A DNA stretch of 64,000 nucleotides from Camelus ferus. Lineage: Eukaryota. This document shows positions 24,733 to 39,260 of this stretch, one piece after another (positions within the stretch are counted from its first letter, which is position 1; each line of letters starts with the position of its first letter). The translations under genes were made by a program, and so were the position numbers. Location of the stretch: the NCBI RefSeq assembly GCF_009834535.1, contig NC_045696.1, positions 27,344,001 to 27,408,000 on the forward strand, read 5' to 3'. A model generated the notes under the pieces. The model was not told where the DNA came from. It was given only the letters and a program-made list of their open reading frames with translations, and did no database searches.

Positions 24733-27149
24733 GCCTAAATTATTAAACACACTGGTTTGATTGTTTCATTAAGTAACCTATTAAAAAACTAATTAGTAAT
24801 ACTGCAGCCATAGACCAATATTTCAAGTTTGTTGTAATATGATTATTCATAATGTTATTATCTTTATGTGACTTAGCACTTAAAATTTAACTACATTAAT
24901 TGGAATAAAGACAGCAGAACTTCAATGACTCCTTGGGATAGAATATAAAAAAGTAATATTTAATATAATCAAATCCAAATACCATTTATTTAGTTCCAGT
25001 AAATCAGAATTTTCTTTAATAACCCTACACTGATTTTTGGAAGCAAGATGTAACTGATTTATTAAAGAAAATGAGTTCACCCAAGGTACATAATAACCAT
25101 AACTACTTTCACTTTGATGGGGTTTATTTTGTCTGCTGCTTCACATTATTGTAAGTAAAAATCTGACTTAATACAAGCTATCGCCTCTGTGTGGTTTTCA
25201 TGTACTAATAGTATTCATGTATACTGATTTCAGAACAACCTAAAAAAGTAGAATTCAAAAGGTTACCCTTAGGATCTGAAACATTCAATGTTGCCAAATA
25301 AAATAATTAGATCTCTGACATTCATATTCATCTCCCCATTTTGAGTCCAACTATACTGCTTATTTTCCAGAAAGCATTTATCACATTCATTTCTTCTGAA
25401 AACAGTCCTATCACAATTACGATTTGAAATAATTCCAAATTAGCTAATTGTTTATCATTTCTTGTTGTGTTTCTGTTTTGCTTAAAAAAAAAAGAAGCAA
25501 TTAAAATTTTTAGTGCATTTGATTCTATGATTATAAACTGCTAGGGTTTCTTATTCAAATTGACAAAACCGACAGCTTAAACTAAACCCTGAATTTATAA
25601 GATGTTAAAAATTAATTGAGGAATTAGAAAAAAATACCTAATTTCAACATTCTATAAATATATTATAGTGAAAATTAGACAAGAGTTTATACTATGAAAT
25701 TTTAATAATACCACAACTAGTTATACTATTCAGGAGAACAAGTAAGCGTGTCTACCACTTAAGGGGAGAGAATTATGAATGGACTCATTTATTAATCCAG
25801 TATGGCCTGGGCCAAATACTAAGATACAAAAGATCAGTATTGTCATCCAAAACAATAAACCTAGTAATAAACTTAGTAAGCCTGAATAAGGTGCTGAAAT
25901 TTATTTCTAATAAGTGTTGATTGATCTTGGCAAATCCAGAGAACTAGACCACACATAACTAAAATGCAACAAGTCATCACTGGTTTTGTATCCCAGGGGA
26001 CTAGAATCAGTAAGAGCAAGATTATCACTTAATGAGGAAAATAAAGAGAAAAATTAAACCTAAGGTACTGATAATAGTATTCTCATTTCAAAAGCATTAA
26101 TTTGGACTCCACTTCAACTTTTGGCTCAAATCTGCAAGTATAATTAGGGTTCAAGTATGAACTAATCTTTTAATGAATGAGAATGACTACTCTTCCATAA
26201 TCTCTTAGTACCTTGGAATAAAGTAGATTCACTCTCCATAATGATTTGTGACTGACATTTTGAGCAGCACGGATTATATTTTGCATGCAAATAAAAATAA
26301 ACCACATTTTAAAAATACAGATGATAGGTGTCATTGTGTAGTATCCAAAATTCCCTACCTTTCATTTTTACTACATCCTTTGGGAAATTATAACTGACCC
26401 TGCTTTTTATCTTCAATCTCTTCTACATTCTTCATACTCTTCTGTCTTAAATAATATCAGGTTAAGCTTAGAGAATACTGGGAGGCTCTCACTCAGTTTT
26501 CCAGTGCTAGGAAGGAGTGCAAGTATTTCTTTTCCAGTTCATTGAGACTTTTAGTTCATTGATCTTACACTCTCAAGATAAAAAAACAAAAACAAAAACC
26601 CCTTTCTAGCTCAAGCCATTCACACATACAGCTAGCTACCCCATTTCATCATTACTTTCAGCTACTACCTCTGTTGAATCAGGATTAGACAACTCAATCC
26701 CATATATTCTTCCCCACCCCTCCCCAGAGTCTACCAACATCTTGTTCTAGCTCAATATCCATAGATGGCTCATGCAAAAGCCTAGTTTTTTTACTTTTTA
26801 CTTTTATAATGAAGTTAATCTCCACTTGCAGTCTTTTCCTCCACTGTCTATAAACCATGAAACTTGATATAAACTGGAGGCTGTCTGAACCTTAAAAGAT
26901 AAGTTCTCAAATCTCTGACAGCCTACTTTTCCAGTTTTCTTGCTCTTATGATACTTGGTTTCAGGTCACTAAAACTTATCAAAACATCCAGGTGTTAGAC
27001 AACACACCAACCCCCATCTTTCTTTTCATATCATTCCCCTCTTAGATTTACAGTTTCTCTGATACAGCGTACAATTCATGGTGCATTGCTTTAAATATTT
27101 GTATCACAAGGACACCCACCTCAAAGGTGCCAGTGTTCTCTACTCTACT

Positions 27150-27500
27150 GAATTAATCAACCCTGAAAGGGTATTTATTATCTCACCAAACAGAGTCCTG
27201 AGGTAGGAAGTTCCAGAACTAGATCATTCTCCAGTCAGCCATGTTCTTAAAGATCCAGGTTCCTTCTTCTTTCCACTCTCCATGTTCACCTTTTGTGTTT
27301 GCTTCCCAATTACGGTTGACAGATAGCAGCTATCATTCTAGTTCTCATAAGGAGAAACAATCTGAAGACGTAGCAGGAGAAGGGAAATGCCACCTCAACC
27401 TTTTGAAGTAGTCTCATCAGAACTCTCTTCCTACCTCATTGTCAAGGAAGGGCTCAACCATCATTTTTGAAACCAATTATTGTTAAGGAAGTGGGATAAT
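27150..27500. mobile_element. Possible old MaLR (MLT1) LTR fragment
   Basis: 'aagatccaggttccttcttctttccactctcc', 'agatagcagctatcattc' and 'cttcctacctcattgtcaag' resemble old MLT1 LTRs. Confidence 0.4.
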
Positions 27501-27989
27501 ACAAAAAAAAAAAAAAGGGGGGGGGTTTACCCCAGAGCTAGTAAGAGGACTATCCTTCCTTAAGTAAGTCTTATGGTGAAGGGATGAACACACCAGATCA
27601 AAACCGAAGCTCTGCCACCAAGAATGAAGGGGAGAAAAGCTGCCAGATACATAACCAGCAGGGTCTGCTTCTCTGTTTTCTTGCCAGTATCCATTTTCCT
27701 GTTGCCACTTTTTCTTCCTACGTTCTTTCATTACAGGCACTATTAAGTGAGGCACAAAATCAGAAGAATCATTATATTATTAATAGTTGTCTATGACCCT
27801 ACCCTATAGATTGATAGCAGAATACATGCCAGTTTGCTAAATTATCTAATAAAAAGAGCAGCATAGCATAGCAGAAAGAGTCATTTTCTTCAAATAAAAC
27901 AAAACAACAGAATCTCCACAGTCACAATTCAAGCCCCGACTCTGATATTTCTGCCTGGGGAAAGCCACCAACTTTAAAAACCAATCTGC

Positions 27990-28147
27990 ACAAGTGGATT
28001 TATCCTGAATCTAATAAAGTTTAAGCTTTAAGGCCCTCCACTGACACAGGCTCCTTCAACACCCCCCATTATGCATTCTTATATTATAAAAAAGACTCTA
28101 AAATTTTTATGAGCTTCAGATTCCTAAAAAGCTGTGTCTGCCTCTGC
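27990..28147. mobile_element. Short hAT-type non-autonomous DNA element
   Basis: 'ggatttatcctgaatctaataaagtttaagctttaaggccctcc' ... 'tgagcttcagattcctaaaaagctgtgtctgcctctg' resembles recalled hAT-Tip100 MITE ends. Confidence 0.5.
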
Positions 28148-29224
28148 TGATGTGTCAGCCTTTTCTACCCGCACACTAGTAAGCACGTCACTTTCCCCTT
28201 TATCCATCCATTTCCCTATCCTCAAGATTGGTTTAATAGGAGTCCTACCTTGCTTGCAAAACTGTGAAAAGAATCAGAAATACATATATAGAAGTGCTAT
28301 TTAGCCGTGTTCTGTGTAATTATTATAATCATCAATATGCACTGTTCTCTTGTGGCTGCTATTTTCCAGCAAGAGGCTGTTGTTGCATCTGCTCCTGCCA
28401 GTTTGTCTCCAGGATATTACAAGAGCTCAGCTCTAAATGAGCCGCGCCATCCCTGATTGCTGTCCAGAATACCCATTCAGCTGCAGGTGTTTTCCAGCTA
28501 TCTACTGTGATGTTACATTGCTTCAGGCTGTGCTACAGGGGACCCTCATAGGGTTTCATCTGCCTGCCATGTGCTCAACTTCCCTCCAGCCCTGGGGAGT
28601 TGACTTTCATGTAGAATGGTTTCAACTTCTCAGGATTGCATGAGTCCTGGGACCTCACTGTGGGAAACTATGCCCTACCATCTGGTGTGAAGCGTGGTAC
28701 TAAGAAATGCTGATAGAATTTGTCTCGTAATTGAATGTGGTGATGGTAGGTGTCATTTCCATAAACAAGACTAGACAGCACAATAGCTTAGTAGACTTTA
28801 ATTTTGTTCTGGAATGTGTTTCTTTGTTTTCATCATCCTGTCATTCTTGCCAATGTTATGAGCTTTAAAATATGATTTATTACTTTACCCACTAATGTGC
28901 CGTTATTAGATAGAGAGCTGCTGAAGTAGCAGTATTCGGTAACAAGCAATTTCACAAGTAATTATGCAGTCACGGGTTGAGTGCATCCAAGTGGTGCAAG
29001 GGTTGAATGGACAATGGCAAGAAGAAAGCTATCAAGGGATGCAGGGATGAGCAGCCTGGGTTTCCAAGGAAAGGACTGTTTTTGTCCTGACCATCACTGT
29101 AGCACTGAGGAGAACAATCATGTAAAATGTGGATTATACCCGAGTCAAATCCTATAGTGGCCTCATTTCCTGCCTCTCAACATTTTATTTCAATTAAAAC
29201 ATATTGAAATCAATATTAATAATC

Positions 29225-29460
29225 TCTACCATTTACTGAGCATATACTTTATGCCTCACTCTGCTAAAGTCTTATCGCATGTTGTCACATTTAACCCTTA
29301 CAACAATCTTATGAAGTAAGAAATAATATCAATGTTTTATATTTAAAGAAACATAGGCTTATAGGTGAAAGTTATCTTACTAATTACAGTTTGTAACTCA
29401 TGGAGCTGCAACATAAACATGAGTTCATCAGATTACAAAGATTTCATTTTAATTCACTGT
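29225..29460 (-). mobile_element. MIR
   Basis: 'ctaccatttactgagcatatactttatgcc...catttaacccttacaacaatcttatgaagtaag'. Confidence 0.8.
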
Positions 29461-30267
29461 TTTTTTAGCCATGAGTGCACAATGGAATCTCCTATAGAGA
29501 TTTTTTTAAGTAATAAAAGATACTCATGCTTTTCAAATTCAGTAGTTTGGGCTTGGAATCTGGGTCTTGTATTTAAAAAATATTCTGTAGGTAATCCCAT
29601 TGCACACTTTAATTAGAACCCTCAGATTATAATTTGCCTTACAAAGAATAATCAAATATCACCTAATGTTTGATGATGAGTAAGTGGAAGGAAACTTGCT
29701 AATCATGGGGTCTAAATGATCCAATTTTTTTTTCCCTTTTGGAATATGACAGATCAAGCTTTCTCCTTTCCTGGGTGACAAATAAACCATCAATAGCAAT
29801 TGGTCTAATTACTGAACCCTACTGTCAGACATCAGATAGAGTATGTTAACACATTAATGCTAAACATACATTATACTTTAGATTAGGAGGTAAAGAAAAA
29901 GTAAGAACTGAAAAAAATAGCTTTAAAAAAATTTCAAAGTACTAAGTTTTAGCCATGTAAATTTGTCAAATGATGTTCAGATACAATTTTTTCCATAAAT
30001 ACAGGCAATTCTCTGACTAAAATATGAAAAACAATGAAACATTTGTTTCTTCAAGGAAATATTGAATTATTTTTATAATTTTAAAGAAAACTAACTATAG
30101 AATTATTTCTAATTCCTCATCTTAAAAAAGAAAATCATATTTATTATCATTGTGACTTTTTAAAAGTTAGTTTTTGGACAAATTTTCTACATGTAATTAA
30201 AAACCTGCACTCTACTCTTAATTCTAAATCTACAAAAAATATAGCAAATAAAAATACATTAGCAGGT

Positions 30268-30522
30268 ATTATAGTGTATTGGGTAAGAGTATGGATTATG
30301 AAATCCAGTTGTCTGGACTGGAGTTTTGGCTCTAGCCTGAACTAGGGGTGTCACCCTGGGCAAGTCACTTACCTCTTTATGATTCCATTTACCTATCAGT
30401 AAATCAGAAATAATAACCATAATGCTTACTTCACTGGATTATATGAAAATTATATAAAATTAAAATATGTAAAACAGAACAGTGCCCAATACACTAAGCT
30501 CCGTATAAATGTTTACTATCAT
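30268..30522 (+). mobile_element. MIR, near full length
   Basis: 'ggtaagagtatggatt...gtgtcaccctgggcaagtcacttacctct...agaacagtgcccaatacactaag'. Confidence 0.85.
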
Positions 30523-31829
30523 CACTGTTATTTTAAATTTTAAAAAGTCAATTTCTAACAAAGGAGTACGAAACTTTAAAGTTAGGAGGAGCCCCTTTAT
30601 TTTATAAGAAGGAAATGATGACCTGAGTCACTTGCAAAAGCCAGTTACAAGGCACAGTCAAAACTAGTACATAGTGTGCTGAATAAAGCAGAAGAGTAGT
30701 TCTGGAGCAATGACATTCTTTACCAGTGACTATAGTCTGGGAGTTTTAGAAATAACTTCAAATGACTCATTTTAAGTATTTTTCAGAAAAGCATCTTATA
30801 AATAGCCCAGTATTGTAATTAAATTTAACAGAAAGCAATCCATACTAAAAATGATATCACGTTTTCAAATTATTGATGTATCATTTATAGTTTCTTTACC
30901 GAAAAAAAAAATTGGCTTGTAAAAAAATAACATTTTCTTCCACTACCTACCCTAGATCACACTGTGCAGAGCTTAACCTTTGTTCTTCAACAACAAAGCT
31001 GAGAAATTACACAAGACAAATAGTGAAGCATGATAAAAGTCAGAGCACCAACTCATACTCCAGGCATCCTTTTAATTATCCCCATAAGTAAATATGAAGC
31101 TATTTCTCAATGGAAATAATAAACTCCTTCTTAGCATAATATTAAGGACCAAAATCACAGCCTCCCTTTCCCATTACAGAAAATGTGCAACATCCCAGTT
31201 TAAAGGCCATATAATTTGATAGAGTACTCTTAAAAACTTCTAAGCCTTCATGAACAGCTTTGCATATACAAATAACATTAGACAGGGACCAGGCACCATT
31301 TTACTGAGATCTCAAGGAACAAGATATTATAGGAAGATACAACAGAAAACTAAAGCCACTTCCTTCAAGTGGCACAACCTTTTTGGTGAAGATAAAAATG
31401 TAAAATGAAGATGATTTATAACTACTCATAAATCATATAAAGACGAGTTAGAATACAGTATTATAGTTCTGAACCAAAAAGGGGGAAAAGCCATTCTACA
31501 TCTGTTGAGGTAGAGTAAAAGTGTTATTTACACAAAACATTTTTTTAGAGTCCATGTTTTTGCAAATAGGGGAGGATTTTCAACTCAGGTTCACATGGAA
31601 GTTACACCTTCCTCACCGAAGGGAATAGTGGGGCAGGCACGAAGGCAGCACTCAAGGAACTGGGAAAGATACATCTGAGCACAGAGCAGAGCTTGGCCCT
31701 TCACAAATGGAAGGCAAAACCTTTCTTGAGGAGCCACTTCTTTAAATGTATTGATGGAGTCAAATTAAATCTGAACTTCAAATCCTTGAACTTCAGATCT
31801 GAACTTCAAGTAGACCTTGACACAACAAA

Positions 31830-32055
31830 CAGTCTAGGTTTGAATTTCACCTCTACCACATATTAGCAATATGATCTTGGGTAAGTTACACTATCTTCTA
31901 CCTTTCAGTTGTTATGAAATGTGGATGATGATAACTGTAGCTACCTCATGTGGTACTGATAAGGATTAAAGGAAATAATTTAGGTAAAGTGTTTAATATA
32001 AAGCATCCCCCATTCCACCTTACAGATACTCAATACATGCTGGCCATTATAATTA
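31830..32055 (+). mobile_element. MIR
   Basis: 'ctaggtttgaatttcacctctaccacatattagcaatatgatcttgggtaagttac...ctacctcatgtggtactgataaggattaaa'. Confidence 0.85.
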
Positions 32056-32214
32056 GTTGTCTAATTATTAGAGCCAAGCAAATGAAAATAAAAAGGAACA
32101 TTGTCCTACAGATTGAGAGGAGACATATCCCTTAGTCACATCCTGCCAAAAGATATGATGAATGCGAGACTGAAATTCAATACCAGAACTCCACACAGTA
32201 TTAGTACAGACATA

Positions 32215-32487
32215 CAGCCTTCCCTCGGTATTTGCGGAGGATTGATTTCATGATCTCCCGAGGATACCAAAATCTGCAGATGCTCAAGTCCTTTATATAA
32301 ATAAAATGACATGTATCTGCATTTAACCTACACACATCCTCTTGTATACGTAAAATCATCTCTAGATTAATTATAATACTTAATACAATGCAAATGCTAT
32401 GTAAATAGGTGCCAGAGCTGGCAAATTCAAGTTTTGCTCTTTGGGACTTCCTGGAATTTCTTTCCCACCCTTATGGAGCACTGACTG
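32215..32487 (+). mobile_element. MER2/MER2B (TcMar-Tigger) DNA transposon
   Basis: After TA: 'cagccttccctcggtatttgcggaggattg...ggataccaaaatctgcagatgctcaagtcc...aaatcatctctagatt...aatacaatgcaaatgctatgtaaatag', matching the MER2 consensus. The right end is partly deleted. Confidence 0.9.
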
Positions 32488-32574
32488 CACTGCTTGTGTG
32501 TGCCTGCACATGAACCCATGCTCCCTGCTTAGGTTGACTGTGAAACTAACTACTACCCCACAAAGATCATAGAC

Positions 32575-33430
32575 ATCCCAAGCCAATTCATCTAACAGAC
32601 ATTTAGACATCCTCATTTCAATGTTCCTCTCACATCTCAAGCTCACTATATCCCAAACTGAACTTCTAATCTTTTCCACCCTCCTCTACTTCTATTCCTA
32701 CTCCCCCCACCTTCCACCAGTTCTTTTGTTCCGAATCCTGTTCGTCTTCCAATCTACATGTAAGTCCTTTCAGTCTACCATCAAGTTCTGTCAGTTTTAA
32801 TTCTGGTCCAGTGCTCAGTTCTGTCCATTTTGCTAAGACTCTGCAGCCACTCTTACTTCTGTCCTTTATCTTGACTAATTCACAGCAGCTAACGCCCTGT
32901 GTCTACAGCCCTTCCCCTCTGTAATTACTCCTCTCTGCTACAGGAGTGTACTGTCTAAATGCATATTTGAAAAATGTCACTACCTTCGTTAAAATCCCAA
33001 TGGCTTTTCATTTCCTTTAGAAGGCAGTCCAAAGATTTTAGCATAGTTTATCATTCATATATTGATCCTTTTTATTCCCACCTAATCTCTCATCTTTCCA
33101 TTCCTCATACTCTCATCTCTCTAAACAACTAAACTATTTTTCATAATACATGTTTCTTTTTGCTTAGCTTTCTTCTACTCATCTCTGGCCGTGGATTTGA
33201 TAATTCTTCCTCCTGAAGCTTTCCCTCAATCTCTGAAAGTCTGGCACAGGTGCCCCTTCTATTCTGGCATCAGCCTGTATCCCACTTCCTAAGTTTATAC
33301 CTCAACATTGTACACACATACTTAGTTAAATGAGTCTCGCACAAGATCAAAAGTTCTCAGAATTTTGAGACGTCATTGTTCATTGGTATATTCTTAACTC
33401 CTAGCCCGGTGTCAGTTACACACAAGTGCA
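32575..33430 (+). mobile_element. L2 fragment
   Basis: 'atgttcctctcacatctcaagctcactatatcccaaactgaactt', 'atgtcactaccttcgttaaaatcccaatggc' and 'cctagcccggtgtc'. Confidence 0.7.
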
Positions 33431-33543
33431 AAAGAAATATCGATGAGACCGTACTTGATAGTGTTCTCATTCCACAGTATTGGTTCAGTCACTTCCAATT
33501 AATTCTTCTATTGCTTTCATTTTGAAACTCCGTGTTGCTGTAA

Positions 33544-33573
33544 ATCTATCTATCTGTGTATCTGCCTATCTGC

Positions 33574-33634
<61 letters not shown>
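33544..33634. repeat. (TATC)n tetranucleotide microsatellite
   Basis: About 15 perfect TATC units (33575-33634) preceded by degenerate units. Confidence 0.95.
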
Positions 33635-36600
33635 AAATGGGAAGGCTCAACCGCCTACTATAATCAGGGTCTACCCATCATTGGCGTAAGGGAGTAGCAC
33701 CACCTCTTATCACCCTACACCAGCTAGCCATATTTCAGTCAGCTTCTGAGCTGTGGTTACCGAAATACAAAACTGAGTATGTCCCAAGAGGCTATGCAAT
33801 TAATCAGAAATAACTAGAGATCACTCTTCAGTCACTTTTCAAAAAGCAGAGAGGTAATGACAATTAATTATGTAACCTTTGGTATAATGAAATGTTTGAT
33901 TCTACACCAAAGTGGAAGACATTTCTTAAGCAGTTTTTCCTAAAAACCACCACTATGAAAAATTCTAACCATATATCTTGAAAACATGTATGGAATGAAT
34001 GAATATATATGTAATTAAAAAAAACTCTGAAAATCAGATATTTAGGCGTGATGAAATGCCTTTTGAAATTATGTAATATCTGGCATGAGATAACAAAAAA
34101 AAAGAATATGATCTCCGTTTGCATGTGTAATGACTGTTCTTCATGATATGAGAAAACAGAGAAGAGAAATGCAGTATGCCATCAGTTACTATATTTTTTT
34201 TAGTTTTTCTTTCTTCTCTAAAAAAAGCATTAAATAATCCAAACCAATCACAACTGTTTTGGTTTATGTGTTATTTTCCTCACATATGGGATTTAGTATA
34301 AAGAGGATACATGCTATTTAGAAAAGCATTCTATAAAATCCAGATGAGTATAGAAAAATTCAGGATTTTTCAAGTACAGAATATAGTATATCATCATTGC
34401 AGGATCTGTTACATCTAAATAAAATCCCTTTTCTTTGGAAGAACATAAAAAGTTGTTTTTCTTGAATGGCTAATTAATAGGTACCGCATATGATATTTTA
34501 AGTAGAGTGTCAAACAAGCATGTTAGAACAGGTCTACAAAACACATAAAATTACTAGGTAGTATGTATAGATGCTATCAGCCTTTTTGATTGACTCATAT
34601 TTTATTTACTCTGCATTTAGTAAAAGCCACAAGCTTAATAGTTCTGTTTATAAAAACAAACTCAGACAAGCTGAATGCTAAGAACAAGTATATGTGGATT
34701 CATTTTTAACTTGCGGATGCATGCTTGCACACACATCTTTTTATTATCAGCATGCTCCCAAATTAAAATTGTTACCACATGCTAAGTAAACTTTTTCAGA
34801 TGTTCAACGAAGGAGATCAAAAGAGAGTTCATCATATATTTTTAGATCTCTGACCAGTCAAACATACAGGAACACAGACATGTCAAAACATCTAGTAATC
34901 CAAAGGTACAACAACTTGGAAATTTTCAGTTCAATGAAACTCATGAAGAGCACTTTAGTATACTTTCATACTTTCCTTACTGACGTCTTATAGGTGAAGG
35001 TCTTCATGGAAACTTGCTTAGTAGTTATCTGAAGGTAAGACTTGAGTGGGGACTAAGAGGAAGAACAGAAGGTAGATAAGCTAGGAGAGTCTTAACTTTC
35101 CAGGCAGATAGACAATTACAAAGCAAAGCAGGCAGGTGGAAAGGAATATATTCTGTTTGGGCCCATGAGAAAACCAGCTTGGAGGATTTTCTACTGGAGG
35201 TGTGAGAATGATAAAGCGATAGATTAGTGTCATATAGTGGGATCTAATGACCACCCTTGGAATTCTTCACTCTGCCTGCCCCAAATTCTCACAGCTTTTG
35301 TTAAACCTCTTTTGTAGACAAGCGAAGTATAACAGAGGTATTGGATCCATTCTCTAGTGGATAAAAAACAAACCAATTTTTCAATTTGTTTCATTCTTTC
35401 CTTAAACATCCAGTGCAGTAACTGAGTTTTGGCCTGCTTCTATACCCAAACCTATTTCCTGCTCTAGTTTTGGACACTGAGCCATTTTATTCTACCATTT
35501 TTGAATCTGTATCTTGTTTCTCTGGCTAGTTTCTGGAATCTGCTCTTCTTTCTTCTAATCCTCTGGATTTCCTCCACCCATGACTGCATTACCATTTCCA
35601 GCACTCAAGTTTCTCTTGGGCTAACCCTTTACCTGCCGGTACCCCCACCGACTGCACTATGCCAGGCTCTCCTGACAGCATGCACTGCCTACCTATTTGA
35701 CGCTACTTTAAAACACTCATACAAAATCAATCTTCTTTTCTGCTCAAGGATTCACCCTTATCTATTCTTTCCCCTTGATAAGCCTGTCTTGATTCTGAGT
35801 CACAGTCATCTTAACATGACAGTAAGTGGTGCCAATTCACTCCAGTACTTTCCTAGAGCGCCTCATCCAACACAGTCCCCTCTTGCATAACTTGGTTCTA
35901 AAGTTGGAAGTTGGACAGATGTTTTGCTAACAGTACAAGTGTGTAGTTGATGTTCCAAAAGTATTTTATAATGGCATTCTTAGGAGCTGACATTAATTGT
36001 CTCATTTATACTTGTAGTTGAATACATTTTGTTTCCTTTGCTATTAAAATAAATTTAAAAATCCTGCAATATTTCTGGGACAAAAATAGATTTAGAAAGC
36101 AACCCAGAAACAAATAACAACTGCAAAAATGTAGCTAAGTCATTTAGCAGTATCTGATCAGTGGTAAGCAATGGAATCACAATCATTTTTGGATCCCTTA
36201 TTATAAAGATATTTGCCTAAATATGAAATGGGAAAAAAGGTAATGAACACTTTTAATCAGGAAAACAACTTGCAATGAGTTGCAGTCAAAAGGAATCTCC
36301 CAAAGTCATCTGCCCTCAACCTTAGAACAGGATGACATCCTCATTTGTAATACAAGAAGTAATATTAGCCTCACGTGAAGGTGATATAATAAAGGTTTAT
36401 AAAAAGTGAATTCAGTCTAGAAATTAAACGTTGAGAGACGTCTAATCAAGAAAATATTAAATAGTTCATGAATAGAACGGATACTGATTACCATAAACCT
36501 CTACATACTCCATGACAGACTGAATGCTATACCACTTCAGGTAGGTGAACACAGAGTACTCGATTTTACTGAGTTTAACAAAAACTTAGAGTACTTACTA

Positions 36601-38279
36601 TTGTGAGACATGGTATGGCTAAAAACAAAAATTCACATGAGGTGTAGGATTCATAAATCATAATATCCAGAGATATTATGAAAAGAAGTCAGGGACTTTT
36701 CCAATGTATTTGCCCCAAAAGTTCATTGCTGTAATTGTCAGGGAAAAACTTTTGGACAGTGTGAAGTAATGCTGAACATTTCTGTTGCTTTTGCTGAAAA
36801 TTTATTCAAGATATATTCAATTATGAAATAGTTTTTTAATTCTCTAAGATTAAAATAGAGGGTTCATCTTTTAAATCATGAACCTACTATAGTATCAGAT
36901 ACATTCAATGTTTCAGTATATAAAAGTTTACATCAAAACATCCAGATATCAAAAAGTCTAAAATTGCAGTACTACTTTTTTATTATAATTTTCTTTACAA
37001 TTTTATCCTAATTCTGTCACTAACAAAATATATACAGGCAAAAGGAAAACACTGGATTTTAGTTACAAATTGAAGAAAAATCCATGTAAATGTGCTATAT
37101 AAAATATAAATGCAAAACAAGTGGCTAGTTGGAGATAATCAGGAAACAAGTCTAGAAGTATTTTAAATGTTGTAAGCATAGTATTGGATACTTTCTACAA
37201 GTTATCTGCTTGATAAATGAGTATTTTAACCAATTTGTATTTCTCCAGACAAATATAACAAATAGAAATGAAACTAGTCTGAAAATGAAATGCCAGCAAG
37301 CAATTCAATAACAGATATTCTGAAAACATTTGGTGGTACATTTATACATAAGATATATAGGACATGACAAAAACAGGAAAAGGAAATGCTTCCTGTAGGT
37401 CTGTGATGCTTATTTTAGTGTTTGATGTCACCGGAGTAATCAATGTATTCACTTTTTAGTATGATTATACTAGACCACATTTATAAGATACTTTCCCATG
37501 CTGATCTTTTTCCTTAAAGTAGTCTCATAAATGTCGTCTTTCCAAACAGAAGGCAGTTTTTCTGGTCATTGTTTCCCTTTCTTTGCAGTTAAGATCAGAT
37601 AGTTCAACAGGACAAAAACTTACAGTAGGAAGGGATTTTCATGAGAGGCAAAGCAGTTTTACAGGCAGTGAGGGAGTGTATCTGCTAGATTCAAAATAAT
37701 TTATTATATAATTCCTCTAGCTAATTTTCTACAAAAGTATATCTTCCATATTCAACTAATTCTACTATCTCTTTCTGAAGAATATATGGCTTACAGAAGA
37801 GTATCTTTGCAGTGATACATTGCTATTTGTGATACTAGTTGAAAGAACATAAAAATAAAGCACTTTCAAGATATAGCCATTCAAGTTAATAAAAAAAAAA
37901 GCACAAACTACACATCAAGATCTTTAGCACATGAAGAAACATGTTGTAGAGTCCTTCCTAATCCCTGGAAGGCAAGACAGAATTAAAATATCTCTTTACT
38001 AAGTTACAGAAAAAATACTCTAAATATAGAACTAAGATATGTCAAAAGAGTTGGACAGGCTCATCCAATGATTTGGTACAAAAACAATACAAAACAAAAA
38101 ACACTAGACGACAGTTGAGAGCTCTACCTGCTTTTACTATATTAAACCTCCTTAGTTAATTTTAATTTATCAAATAAGCGATTTCAATGCTATAGAAGAT
38201 TTTATGGAAAAGGTGTTACAGAAGGAACCCAGGACTACTGTCATCCTCCTCCTCCTCATCATCCTCACTGGCAACAGTG

Positions 38280-38765
38280 CAATCTCCCCATCATGCATAT
38301 ATGTACATATATTCGTTTTCATATTCTTTTACATTAAAGATTATTATAAGATATTGAATATAGTTCCCTGTGCTATACAGAAAAAATTATTTTTTTATCT
38401 ACTTTTATATATAGTGGTTAACCTTTGCAAATCTCAAACTCCCAAATTTTTATCCCTTCCCACTTCCTTTCCCTCGGTAACCATAAAATTGTTACTATGT
38501 TTGTGAGTCTGTTACTGTTTTGTAGGTGAGTTCATTAGTGCCCTCTTTTTTTCTTTCCCTTCCTTTCTTTTTTTTAAGATTCCACATATGAATTGATATC
38601 ATATGGTATTTTTCTTTCTCTTTCTGACTTACTTCACTTAGAATGACGATCTCCAGGTCCATCCATATTGCTGCAAATGGCATTACTTTATTCTTTTTTT
38701 TAATCTCTAAGTAGTATTCCATTGTATAAATATACCACAACGTCTTTATCCGGTCATCTGTCGAA
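38280..38765 (-). mobile_element. L1 ORF2 end and 3'UTR fragment
   Basis: ORF 38495-38740 (-) MWYIYTMEYY...MPFAAIWMDLEIVILSEVSQKEK is the L1 ORF2p terminus. The 3'UTR is related to the 13245 copy, and no poly-A tail is evident. Confidence 0.92.
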
Positions 38766-39029
38766 GTTACAATGTCTCTATAAGCTGGCAGATCATATAT
38801 GTGCTTTTATTTTGTAGATATGAAAACTGAAGTATAGAAAAGGTATATAAATTTTTCATGATGACTTGACCAAGGAAACATAGCTAGTAAATATGCTGAA
38901 TAAATATAGTCTGAAATAAAGGCTATTTTGCTTCATATTAGGAAGTATTTATATTGTATCTGTATTGCAAAGGAGTAATCTCTGCTCTATGTAGTCATTT
39001 AATTCTAATAGGAGAAGTTATGCCACTAT

Positions 39030-39260
39030 AAAGAGAATAGGGATATGCACATCAGACACATGGGAGTCCAAATTCCTACACTCCACTTAGTAGCTATATA
39101 TCTTTGGTAAACTAATCAATATGCTTGACCTTAAGCTTCCTGACCTGCACACTGGAAATAATGCCTCTCTTTCCCTCCTCTTTAGGGCTACGGTTGAAAT
39201 TAAATAAGATATGTATGACGAGGGCTTAGTGCAATGTCTAGAACATACTATGTGCACACA
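39030..39260 (+). mobile_element. MIR
   Basis: 'ctccacttagtagctatatatctttggtaaactaatc...gaaattaaataagatatgtatg...gcttagtgcaatgtctagaacata'. Confidence 0.75.
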
